A stretch of 64,000 nucleotides of DNA from Magallana gigas (Eukaryota). Where the stretch lies: assembly GCF_963853765.1 (NCBI RefSeq), contig NC_088860.1:9548001-9612000 (forward strand), written 5' to 3'. The notes beneath the pieces were generated by a model. That model had not been told where the DNA came from, did not search any database, and saw only the letters and a list, made by a program, of their open reading frames with translations. Every line of letters begins with the position of its first letter. The stretch's first letter is position 1. A program made the position numbers and the translations under genes. Shown piece by piece: positions 24,693-37,514 of the stretch.

Positions 24693-26480
24693 ATAATAAG
24701 ATTAAATGTTATAATACTGGAAAATGTAAACATTGAATGGTGCGCCACAATCGCCGAACAATAAAACAGACAAGCGTACAAATGAAAGGCATCATAAAGA
24801 AAGACACTTTACAATAACGTTTATGAAGCAATTTATTATTCGAATACATCTCGGACATCGAATTGATCTCGAGGGCCCGAAAAGAAGGCTGCGTGGATGG
24901 TCGACTCGTGACCAATTTTAGACTTGAACTTTTTGGGGGTGACGAGTTTTTTTTTATCGTGAAATAAAGAAAGAAAAAAATATTCAAATTTTTAAGATAA
25001 TATATTTGGATTTAAAAAAAAATATAATAGCTTATAGCTTAAAAAACATCACTGTATTTGTTAATCAAACCCAGTCCCCTGGTAAGAAGATGCTTTGCAT
25101 CGGACTAGAATGTCACTCTGTCATTGGATAAAATGCATCACGTGATTGCCGCTAATACTTTATACCCCGAACATGATTCGTTATATACAAGATTTTTGGT
25201 CTGATTATGACCTTTATGGACCTACAAAGTTCCCTAGATAATAATGAACATAATGAGTAATGTTCAACAAGACATTATTACGAAAATCATTAATAGTATT
25301 AATCATCCTATAAATTTAAGAAAGCCTAGACATAGTATACCCGTCCCTAGTACAAACATCGTACACATACTTGTACATTGTATTAGCCTATTCTATACGC
25401 ATATTCTTGTCATGCCCTTGTGGAGAATGTGCATTGGTTACAGTATGTAAGACTTTTATAAGTCAGCAATGCGACATAAACCATTAAAGATTACCGACTT
25501 TTTCGTATGCATTCTGTACATCCTGCAAAACAACTTTTCAGCCACACTACTTGCTTAAAGCTGCAAAAGTAGAGCAACGGGATATATGATATTAGGCGTA
25601 AAACTATTAGGAAATCGTTTTTATTTCGCACGGTGCATTCAAAATCAGATTTTTCAAAAGTTGCATAATATACTACATACTACTGTATTCTAAATGGACA
25701 GGTAATACATGTATGTACTTCATATCTGCAACGACTTGGCAAAATTAACGATTTTGTCTGTCACAAAGGAACGTTCGACATGAAACCCCTAACCTAGGTT
25801 CAGTCTCGAATATGCTTACGGACCGCGGGCCAATTAATTCAACTTTCTCGCTATCATGAATAATTCATGCTTTATTTTGATTGTCTTATTCAAGCACGTA
25901 AAGGAAATCTCGCCAGTCCTGTTATTGCTCATTATGCTGTAATATATATCAACAACGACATGTTTAAATAACATAATCATCATATTTATTCCCCAAGTGC
26001 AAAGGGTTTCGTTTTTTATTGGTGATCGATTGAGAATAATGAATATTCATGAAAAACGAGAAAAGATGAGAGTTGGCCCACGGTCATAAGCGTATGCGAG
26101 ACTGGTCATGGATTTCCAAAGATGTTATTGAAACCACAAATTACTTTTGCCCTTTGATATATATAATGTTATATCGGATCGTACTTTTTATGCTGAGAAA
26201 GAGAATTTGGAAACATCAGATCGCATTTTATATTCTGACGCCAACGTGATTTATGATAGTTTACCATTTCTTAAAAATTTCGTGATCATTGCTCTTAATT
26301 AATTAAACAATTGTAAACGCTAGAACATGAATAAACATCGTCTGAAAACCGCCGCTAGCCCCGCGTATACTGACTGACAATGTGAACGGTTAGTGTAGAC
26401 AAGACCGGCCGAGGGTTACTGGGCTATATATTGGTTTTATACTCTTTTTTTCTTTAAAGGATGACCGGTTTAGCAAGTCC

Positions 26481-26768
26481 ATGTTTGTTAAGAAACCAAG
26501 CCCGCTCAGCACAGAACCACGGAAAGACACAACTCTGCCCCACGTCACATCCGGTCAGAGGGGGCCACGGATGGGGGTTTATTATCCATCCAAACAGAGC
26601 ATCATTAACCAGAAGCAACCGGATCCTCATCCTGCTGTTGGTTCGTCTGAGCATGCGCTACCACGTGGTCTGGTCCAAGAGGATGTTGACGCACAGCGAA
26701 GGGCAGAGAAACCCGAACCAAAAGGAAAAGCGCCGCTCAAAAAACAACGAAGTTGGTTCCTGTGGTAG
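26481..26768 (+). CDS. Small orphan protein, 95 aa, Pro/Lys-rich, ending KKQRSWFLW
   Basis: ORF coincides with a GC-richer island that ends at its stop; preceded by a strong acceptor TTTTTTTCTTTAAAG|G (exon start 26460, frame open from there) and a donor AACG|GTTAGT after 26388 (71-nt intron). No family recognised. Confidence 0.55.
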   Translation: MFVKKPSPLSTEPRKDTTLPHVTSGQRGPRMGVYYPSKQSIINQKQPDPHPAVGSSEHALPRGLVQEDVDAQRRAEKPEPKGKAPLKKQRSWFLW

Positions 26769-28732
26769 ACCCCACACCCCTTTTAATTTTCATGTTGCGG
26801 TATCCTTCAAAGGGTCCATTTTAAACATCTTGGAAGTTTTCACTGTTTTTCCGAGGAATGGTTCAGTTATCAATTTATTTATAAAAAATGTATGGCGATT
26901 TCTATTTTTTTTGTATGGTACAAACGCACATTTACCAAAAGGGTTACTGTAGAGCCTTAAAATACTCTTTTCCTATTTACAGTTGTAAGAGTATAATTGT
27001 TTAATTTTTAGATGCTTCACTCTTTTTTCTAGCACAGTTCAAACACACTTAATTTTACCGCAACGCATTGAGTCGAATAAGAGTGCATTATTTACATAGT
27101 ACATTCAGTACTACATTTTCGTAACACAGGGTGATATTTTCGTGAATTAAATGTCTTTATTTGTTTAGTTTTGCTCTGTTGTCGGCCCTTTAGTTACTCT
27201 CATTTCCTATACCGTTTGATATATGTTTGGTATTGATGTTGTTGCTTTGACCTACTCAATACCTACATGTACATTTATATTGTTTACATTTTGTCTATTT
27301 CTGTTTAGCTGGTCAATGCAACAAAATTTTTAAGTCGATTCTATCGTCCCTTTAATTGCTATAGAAACACTTTTAAAATAAAACAAATGGTTGTTTACAA
27401 TCGCAAGTTTGTTTTAAAACTCATCCTTGAAAAGGTTTAACAAGAAATATTCCTGTTTACAATTCCGTGCATTCATGTTACTTTGTGTGTAAGCAATTGA
27501 ATGTGTCAGCACTCTAATAAAGGTTTAGTTGTAAAACATGGGAGGCCACACCATCCTTGCCTTGTTTTTAGCTATTAAACGTGAAATAAGAGTTCTATTA
27601 AGGCCACTGACTGGCCGCACCCTCATAGAGGACACTGACCTACATTTCCACATATTCCGGGTCAAAATATTGATAAACTTTTTCAAATTTCCACTAAAAC
27701 AATTATAAGATTGTCAGCTACATTGTTATGCAGTGATTTATTCTCTTTATAATGTGTACATGTACATATATAAAAATAAAATATATAATGTTACAGATGA
27801 GATAAATACAATGAAAATTGTACGTGCCATGTTAAACATAATTATGTCCTTATATTGTATACTTGTGATCAATATGTATCTGAGTGCTCTATTGTGGATC
27901 AGCTTTCCATAGATCTTTGTGTTATGAATTATTTCTGTCTCCTTGTTTTCTTGTTGCTTCTGGTTTATTTTACATGTTTATTTTATGGATTAACAAAATA
28001 AATTGAAAAACCTGAGCAATGTGACATCCTGTTTGCATATCATGAATAATAAGGGGTTTCTTTCTACATAACTATGAGATTTAGTCTGCAACACCTTGAC
28101 AAGAAAATTTTACAACCCACACACTAATTGGAGAAAGAGAGAGAGAGGGGGAGGGGGCTGTCTATCTCCATAGTTTTCACATTTTCCAATTTTTTAAACA
28201 AAAAATCCCAACTGTTATAAAAAAAAATTGCCTGTTTAAAAACATTTAATATTTAAAAATGTTTGTTCCTGCACTAAATAACATTAAATTTTGTCCATTA
28301 ATATTAACTATGCTACATATAGTTTGCTTTTAACAATAAAGTCAAAGGCAGGGTGTGGATATATGTGGGTTATGGATATGATTATTTTGAAAATTCCTTA
28401 AGAGAACTCTTAATAGTGTCTTAGTGGATCTAACAAGACTGAGATATCGTGATATGACTAAACTTTCTAGTTTACACATCAAAATAAGTTACAAAAGACA
28501 CATGCATCAAGTGAAATATGCACTTATTATCAGAGCATGATCAAAACGTTATCCGTCGAAAATAAGAAAAAGACCTGCATCAAATTGCTGTGTCATACAA
28601 ACTGTTTATAGGCAATGGTAGTGTTAAAAAATTCTCTCCATGCTCATATACCTAAATACATTTGTATAATGTCTTTATCTTATTTCATATAATAGCAAAA
28701 CTCACTAAAATAACTTATAGATAATAAATAAA

Positions 28733-31700
28733 CTAGTTACTCAGAAAGTCAATAGTGGCATGAACACGATGACCAGTGCACACATCAAGGGCACTAAGTC
28801 GAATCTCAGTTTGACCAAATATCATTCTAGTTTGAATTTCCCGCCGTGATAACTTTGTCTGAGAGGACTCCTCTAGATCTAGAGTAAGGACGCCGCACTT
28901 TCGGACGCCCGCGTCAGTCACAAAGTTTGTGTTTGGATTTTCTGTGAAATATATACTGAGTTGAATTTTCTTTTGATTTTGATTGGCCGGTTTATAACTT
29001 CGTAGAATTACGTCACCAAGTGCTACGGGCTGATTGGTCAAAACGTATTTATCAAAAACATCCATGCACCACTCTGTGTCGCCAGCAACCATTCTCTTTT
29101 CTGCTGGATGTTGATCTTCTTTGAATTTGTTTAATACACCTACGCCATAAGTCATTCGAGACTTTCGTACGTGAACAATTGTCGGATCTAATCCAAACTG
29201 CACAGAACCTACAGAATAGTAAGTAAGTATATTTAAACTGTAAGAGTTTTTATTTCTAAAATTTAATTTTTGATATGCAAAAGTCATACATACCTTTTAA
29301 TATGGAGAGTCCCACTCCTTGTGGAATAATAATTTTTAAAAGTGATCCAAATTCCCTCCTGATTTCTTGTTGCAAAATCGGCGATTCAGAGAAACCTCCG
29401 ACCAAGAACAAGTACTGTAGATCTGAAGGAAAAGACAAAGATCAGTTTTCATCAAAGGAGACTATTTGAGTACTTAAAGGCGTGTCTGACAATAAAATCT
29501 AAGGAGAAATCCCACCTCTCGTTCCTCTATTATTTAAGACATCTCCTATGGCCTGTTTAATTTTCTCCATCGTAGGAATGAACAATCGCCGCATTGCTTC
29601 CGGTGAAAGTCGGAGCATGCCCAAACGTGACCATTGGATCTCTTTGTCCCCAAATTTCTTGATGGCGTGCTCTAAACTTCCAAACTGTTTCAGAATTAAA
29701 AGTCGTATATAATTTTGAGATTTATTATTCTAGTGATAACCACTGAAATTATACATAATATTTCGATTAGCCATATACTCATTTAACATTTTCTTTGAAA
29801 AAAATATACATACAAAAAATGTAAGAACAAAACCACAAACCAACAGTCCGTTTTAAACTGTTTTATTTTCCAATGATACTTAAAAATCATGCTGAATCTG
29901 ACTAATTATAGTATAATTTTTATCCCTGGTTTATTAGACTTACCTTGTGCCTTTTGTAATAATCAATAAAGGAGAAAGGAAGCGACACATTGAGTGGAGA
30001 GGACTTGTCCGGGTTCGCGGAGCGTTTCTTGGATTCAAACGCCACCATTAAGTCCACCCAGCCCATAGGACACTTCTGTCGATAGTGCTCCATCAGTTCC
30101 TTACCAAATATCTTGTCCAGGACGTGTTCGAACTCTATATCAATGCCTACAAAAGAACGTCATACATCCAGAAATAATTAATTTTTTTATAAATGTCTTA
30201 GCAACAACTGATAAATCGGTCAGCGTTTATTGTTTCTGTCAGCAGCAGTTTCAAAAACTTCATCAGTTGCATCATTATTAGTTTTGTTCATTTGACAACT
30301 TAGCCATTCTGACGTAAAAATTCCATACCAGAAACTTTTGGTTTAAATCAGTTCTGTTATTACTTATATGTAATTCAGCGGAACTTTTTTCTGATACCGT
30401 TATACAAATTGTCCGGATTGATGAGGTATGTCAAAAAATTGCTCATGAAAACTCTGTATGAGAGCATTTGCATTATTGGCGTTTGGGTGACTAGGGCTCA
30501 ACTGTATGTTTGAATGGAAAGTCGTGGAATGTTCAAGATACACATTTGACATAAAACAGCCCAAAGCAGTACTAATAGACGTATTGATAAAACATGTCCG
30601 TCTTAAACCTTACCCACAGATCCATAGGGTCCCCCCGAGGCCCGGTACAGCTCTATCAACTTCTCGCCTTTGTCCACCTGATGTACCGTGATGTCTACCG
30701 TGCCTCCCCCGCAGTCTACCACCATGTACCGGCTTCCTGCAACACAGAATATACCGTGCAACACAGATTGTACCGTACACATTGTGTCCAGGCATTTCAA
30801 TTTATGATTTTGTGACATACTGACTTAAATTTGTGTTGTTTTTCAAATACACAGAGGTTTATTTATTATTCAACATATACATGTAACTAGATGTCTTAAG
30901 GAATACATGGAATTATAAATTAACGCATGACGACCTGATACAGCTGATCTGATTCATACGTAAACACTACGGGGAATCTAGTGAATGATGTTACATAGCT
31001 CATGCAGGTGACTGTCATTCTCTATTATTTAGGATAGAACCTAAAAATATAAGCAACTAGATCTGTTTAAATAAGTCAGGAAACAAATCACGTGGTCCGT
31101 AACATTCGCGTGTGTTCGATTTGGTATTTGTGGTCTCGTTCATAGGCAAGACAGTGAGTTAGTATTCTACACCTTTACTTTACTACAGTTGTCAATTGCA
31201 AGGGATTATCAAATTATGGGATGTTATAAAAACATTTAGTCAGGCATCTTTACCTTTGACAAGTTTGTTTATTTCTGAGGCATGTGATTCTATATGAAAA
31301 AACAAGAAATATTACAGCGCTTTCAAAAACACTTTTCTTCGCTAACCATGAGAAGATTGTACTTTTTGTTGACATGTTGAGCTCAAATAAGATACAATGC
31401 AACATATAAAATAAACAAATAACATGTTTCAATATCAAAAGAAATAACCTAAAAATAAAAAGTAAAATCTTACCTTCCTTTAATGTCTCACAAGCAGGAT
31501 TCATATCCATTGCCTCTTCTGAAGCAAAGTTAGGCGACCGAATAGGCTTTTCTTCGTTAAGTTCCGGAACAAGCTGGTACATTTTTAACTTCCGGCAGAA
31601 AATGGACGCTGCCTCGGGTTCTAGTGATATGAGAAGTTGATCTGGACTTTCGTGAGAAATTAGTCCAGCCTAGAACGATAAAGTTGACAATGTGTCTACC

Positions 31701-34700
31701 ATGTTCAAAAATACTGTCTTTTGCAGATTTATGTATTTTCAACTGGAACAAATAATGCGATTCTTAATATGGCTGACAAAGCTGTCAGCGCTTTACCTCA
31801 TAGGCCGCTTGTCTCATGAACTGTTTAGCTGAGGCCCTCCATATAGCGGGGACACTGATGACCCAGCGGACGTCTTCGTTCAGTATCTTCATCCCTGACT
31901 GGTCGCTGAGTTCTTGGAGGGCGTGGTCCTTGAAGTACTTCAGAGCCAGGCCAAACACAGTCAGGGCTGGATAGAGTTTACCATTAGTGGCCTTGATCAA
32001 TGTATCCTTGGTTAATTCCTGGAAAAATTTTCAAACACTTTAGTTTATTTTTAAGGAGGGGGGGGGTCGGTGGGGGTGGAGGGCTTTTGTTAAAAGAATA
32101 CTACGCCTCTAATTCTAATGTGTTAAAAATATGCTAGATTTTTAGGGATTTTTTTTTAAAGATATGAAGGATTCCGCAAATACTTACAGGAGTGGTGTGA
32201 AGAATCATTTTGAATTTATCAAAGTACATCCATGACCTCGCCTGTTCAGGATCAAGGTCGTGGTAGTTATCCCTTGCACTGTAACCAAATGAGTGGAACT
32301 GGCCATCAGGTGTCAGGAGAATGCTGGTTGGAGTCTTTTCATTGACAACCCCTGGATCCCCTCCCTCCCATTTCCTCATCATATACACGTGAGATGGTTC
32401 ACGGGTAAAACTGAACGCGTAGCCGCTGTATGTAGTTCCAAAGTCAATTGCAACTACCACCAGGTGGCCCTGATGTTGCTTGGTCTCGGACTCCATTGTA
32501 GAGGTGTCTGCAGACACTTCCAGTATGATGTTGTCTAAAGTTTCAAGAGCCTCGTTTACATCAGCGTTGGTGCTTGGCGATTGGTCCAAGTCTATGACGT
32601 CTGGAAGAGGATTGGCTATGTCTAAAGGTTGTGAAGCTGTCTCTAAGGAGTGTGAATCTGTCTCTAATGACCGTGGAGTTGTCTCTGAACAACTTTGGAA
32701 AGACGATTCCAGGACTTCAATAACTTCTGCTTTCTCATTTTGTTTCTTCCCACAAGACTGATCTTTCGTTGTCTTCACGGTGTCTTCCGATTCATCGAGA
32801 TTTTCTACATCTATTTCAGATTTTGAATGATCCTCTGATCGACATGTACTTTTGTCCGAGGAAGAAGAACTCGATGAGCTAGAAGAATCCTCGTCGGAGT
32901 GATTGTCTAGAAATGTATTGAAAGGCTTACTTGTGTATGTTCTCATCAAGTGATAACTTCTTTTAATAAGCGTATTTTACAATTTATGTGGTTATATTAC
33001 ACATGTTTAATAAATTATGTTGCTAACGAATACAAGAATAAGACGTCTGTTACAGGTATAAATATTGTATTTCAAAAGAAAAAGGAATTGCTTTACTAGC
33101 AGAATGTGGTAAACATGTTTAGCTAGAATCAGATTATATTAATAGTCACATGTGAGTGTATTCACTGGTACGATTTGAAGCGGTACCTTTCAATTTCACT
33201 AGGTCAACGTTGGTTTGGTCGGATTGGTTTGGAAGAATGAGTGTGTTATTGCTGGCGTAGATTGGACCGTAATATGTTACCGTCGTACCAGGCCAGTCTA
33301 TCGTATCTTCTACATTCGGAGAAATTCCAGTCGCCATTATTAAAGTTAACTCTCCCGCTTTTGGTGTGCTCACACTAGCACCTTCGACGTCTTCTGAACT
33401 CAGTGGGGACTGAGAATCGTTATCCTCAGAGTGTGACGAATCCGTATCAGTATCATCAAATATGTGAGAATCAGGAGTTTCATCATCTACATTTGCTTCA
33501 AAATCCTTTTTGTTCGGCAAACTTGCTTTTAAATCATAAACCTTGTCAGGAATAAAAGAAATCTTAGAAGTCACATTTGCATGAATATCGCAATTCTCTG
33601 GCGGTTGAACACCGAAATCATCACAGATGTCAATATCTAGAGGAAAACTAGATGTCAAAGTCACATCAGTCTCATTCGGCTTTGGCTCAATAATACCTTT
33701 AGATGGCACTATCTCAGAGGAGAAATCTACTTTGATGTCTTTAGATTTAGGGGAGTTTGAAAAAAGGTAATCAAATCTATCAATTTCAGCGGTCACGTTA
33801 TCGTCAACTTCTTCAAACTTAGGCAAACTCGCATCAAGATCACCGACTGTTTCTGTGCTCAGAGGAACCTCAACCACACCATTCACATCAACATTTTGTA
33901 ATTTAGGTGAATTCAGAACAAGGTCATCAAATTTTTCTGTAGATTCGGGAATGTGAAAATCCTTATTTTCATCCAAATCTTCGGATTTTGACGAGTTAAC
34001 TATAAGTTCCAGAAGGCTGTCATGATCGGAATCTGTGGAACTGTGCTCGCTGCTTCCGCTTCCGGAAAGTTCAGGAGGTTCACTGAGGGGTAATGGAGGG
34101 GGTACGGATTCTATAGACACAGTCCTATCCAGTGTGATTTCTCTTTCTATATCACTGTCACTGTACAACTGCTGGTCGGAGCCACTTCGAGAACTCTGTG
34201 AAATACTATCTGGAGATGAAGATAATTTGGATTTCTTTGGTGGTACGTCTGCTACTTTGGCTGGTTCACACATGTGACGTAACTGCACTGCAGGAACCTT
34301 GCATAAAACCGAAGAATCAAAAATATGATGAACGCCTTCCTTGGTGGAAAATTCAGAACCCGACGACGGGGTTTCTGGTCTTTTTATATTCCCAGAAAAT
34401 GGAAAGTCACTCGAAGGTCGGAAGAATTCATTTGAATCGAATACCTGAGTCGTGGGTTTTAGATAGTCTGAATCTTCCAAGTCTTCTGAATCTGTAGACG
34501 AAGATTTACTAGTATTTAACAGAGGTTTAGTTTTGTACGGAACATTCTTGACCGTACCTTGAATATTGACATCAGAATCAAAAATACGATTAGTATCTTG
34601 CTCTGCAGAACACAAACGAGAGAAAGAAGATTGTCTTTTAGATGGGTCAGCTTTGTTTTTATTTAGAAATTCCTCATTCACTTTTTCAGGAAAAACTTCT

Positions 34701-35434
34701 TTAAACGAAGGACGCTTCTCCAAGAGTTTACGAGATTTGATTGATTTGCTCTCTTCGTTTTCAGATTCACTGGACTCAGAATGTTCATGCCTAGCATTCT
34801 TTGAGTCCCAATGATCCTCTCCCTTAACACTTGATTGTGATCTTAACGAATAAGCCTTCGATGTGGAAGAAGAAGACGAGGAAGAGGACGATGATGAAGA
34901 CTTTCGGGACTTGTGAAACTCCTCACGTTTTGCAGATGGAAAAGCGAGACCGGAAGTACTTGTAGAGGGTAACACAGGATTGGAATTCCTGCTTAATTCT
35001 GAACGAGTGGACAAAGAAATAATATCTTTTTCCGGAACAAACGCAAATGCGGAATTACCGGAACTGGATGCTTTACTTAGATTTCCGGAACTTGAAAATT
35101 CCCCGCGATCAGTCTTTGCATTTGCATTCACGTCGTATTCTAAATCCAAGGAAAAACTATTAGGCAAGTTCAAAGAATTTCTCTGTCGCGATTTTTTTAA
35201 ATTGCTCAAACTTTGTCCTCTAGAAAAAGCGTTCCTGTCCAAAGTTTCTCTGAAGGAACTGGAGGCCAATATCTGACTAAGTGGCCGTTGTCTCTCCTCA
35301 AATCTTTGTTGTCTTAACTGGCTCTCCGATGGCAAGGGATTCTCCAGTTTTCGGTAGATGCCGTTTGTTTCAATTTTGTACATACGACGACTAGCATCGG
35401 ACACGCTGTATTTCAATTTCCGTTGAGTTGTCAT
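28733..35434 (-). CDS. HSPA12: Heat shock 70 kDa protein 12 (HSPA12A/B-type) with long low-complexity N-terminal extension, about 1494 aa
   Basis: Phase-consistent exons: 35434-33187, 32906-32188, 32018-31797, 31669-31474, 30736-30614, 30146-29944, 29684-29516, 29422-29294, 29208-28733 (4485 nt). HSP70/actin-fold motifs [37 protein letters not shown]; HSPA12-type [19 protein letters not shown] and C-terminus ATIDFLSN. Joining of the first large exon is less certain than the eight domain exons. Confidence 0.92.
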
Positions 35435-36366
35435 TGTTTCGAGATCCAATTCTCCTCACGTCTCCTTATGTCACTTAAACTGGTATAATTCTGAGTTAAT
35501 CGAACTTCTAACGTTTCATCTTGCTGAAATAAATTCACCCTCATGAAACAATGAGCACCCACCCATTTGTAGTAGCATTGTACAGAAATCTGAACTCTAG
35601 TAAAATGACACTGATAAACATTCCATTAACCTGAAACAAAAACCTCCACTCCTTGCAGCGCACGCTTTAAAAACAATTTAAATAAATTTGGAGAAATGAG
35701 AATTTTTACAGGGGAGGAGGCGGTCAGAAAACTACTTATGAAATATGATTGGTTAAGAAACTTTCTACTACTATCCCAGGAAAGGAATTCTGGAGAAGTC
35801 AATGATTAGATTAAGTTTATGATGCTGTTTTTCTTTCACTTAATAAACCTCTTGATGGTTATAATTCACCCCCTTGAGAGCCACAGGTCGGCTATAAAAC
35901 AACAGGTCTGCACCAGATTCTAATTACCTTGTAAGTATATACGGCGGCCAGGTCCAGTTTATACGACCCACTGACTCCCTTGACCGTTTAATCCCGAAAT
36001 CATGAACAGATGTAAGTTTACTGTTAGAACAATTGAAAGGAGAATGAATCAACTTAAGGTTAAAAATTCATTTATTAACGTCATGTATTTTTTTCATAAA
36101 CACCCACGCTATAAAGCGAGACAGAGAACATAATGTACATATAAACACATGCACATATTTAAAATTTTACTACAACTCTTCACCTTTATGTAAGAAATTG
36201 TAAACTAACAGGTGAATCTCCTCTTTGTAGATGTTTAGTTAGGTATAGAAATATTGATACCTGTATTATAACTTTCTCACAAAAACACTGATACACCCTG
36301 ACTAAAAGCTATGAATATTGATTGAAATCTGTCTGTGTGTCTGTCTGCTCTATTGCATTTCGTTCC

Positions 36367-37514
36367 TATGGAACGCCAAATTAACATATATTCAAATATT
36401 TGTACCTATCTTCAAATAATTGTACCTATCTTCAATTCAATTGTACCTATCTTCAATTCAATTGTACCTATCTTCAAATTGAATTAGAGATAGGTACAAT
36501 TCAATTATACCTATCTTTAATTCATTTGAAGATAGGTACAATTGATTTGAAGATAGGTACAAATGCAATGAATTGAAGATAGGTACAATTGAATTAAAGA
36601 TAGGTACAATTGAATTGAACCTATCTTCAATTACTAAAATATTGGCAATAATGAATACTCCCTGTATAGTACGTCATTTTCGTTACGTCACAATAAAATC
36701 GGGATCGGGATAATAAAATAGACAATATGATTTTGTCAACTTTTCGAAAGATTGAGCCTTAAAACAAACAAAAACTCATAGTTATTGTTACTGCGTTAAT
36801 AAATAGAGTGATTATCAACTGAATTATACATTCTTTGATAAAATTATGGAAAAAAATAAAGCCAGTTTTTTTATTTAGGTATATAACGTTAGTGACCCTA
36901 ACTACGTCACTACCTTAACTCCGTCACTTTTGGGGTATTCGGGTATACATGTTTTTGGCTTACTTATTGATATACATGTATATTTTAATAAGTAAATGAT
37001 GCCTTTTGCAAATATATTGCACACACACTCGTTTCCCTCCATGTTGAAATGTCTTCAAGGGAGCGTTCATTATTTTCAACAATACACAAAACGAATTGAA
37101 CCTAGGTATAATTGAATTGTACCTATCTTCAAATCCTTTGCAGATATGTCTGAATTGAACCTATCTTCAAATCATTTGTACCTATCTTTAAATGAATTTT
37201 ACCTATCTTCAAATGAATTAGAGATAGGTATAATTCAATTGAACCTATCTTTAATTGAATTGAAGATAGGTATAATTCATTTGTACCTAGGTATAATTCA
37301 TTTGTACCTAGGTATAATTCATTTGTACCTAGGTATAATTATTTAGAGATAGGTATAATTATTTACACCTATCTTCAATTCAATTGTACCTATCTTTAAT
37401 TCAATTGTACCTATCTTCAAATGATTTGAAGATAGGTACAATTAATTGAAGATAGGTACAATTATTTGAAGATAGGTACAAATATTTGAATATATGTTAA
37501 TTTGGCGTTCCATA
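36367..37514. mobile_element. Foldback-type non-autonomous DNA transposon (IS3EU-like), 1148 bp, with modular TIRs
   Basis: 71-bp perfect outer TIR starting TATGGAACGCC; 6-bp TSD CGTTCC (36361-36366, 37515-37520); subterminal arrays of a ~20-21-bp TGTACCTATCTTCAA unit in both orientations; inner inverted repeat 36641-36663/37058-37080. TAY..RTA termini with a 6-bp TSD match the IS3EU definition as I recall it. Confidence 0.85.

Noticed and set aside
24733-24921. 62-aa plus-strand ORF in a CpG-richer patch
   Set aside because: No splice partner, motif or poly(A) context identified.
34035-35276. Plus-strand ORFs of 80-99 aa (34035, 34198, 34566, 34980) and 32293/32480
   Set aside because: Antisense shadows of the HSPA12 coding exons.
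35928-35963. TATAAA (35963-35958) and donor AAG|GTAATT (after 35928) as the HSPA12 promoter and first exon
   Set aside because: The two are too close to be mutually consistent; the TSS cannot be placed from sequence alone.
36401-37480. Regular ~20-bp repeat arrays superficially like a CRISPR array; 66-aa ORF 37146-37346 with HLYLGII repeats
   Set aside because: No unique spacers, mixed orientations, eukaryotic context, no cas genes; arrays are subterminal repeats of a TIR element and the ORF is a by-product.
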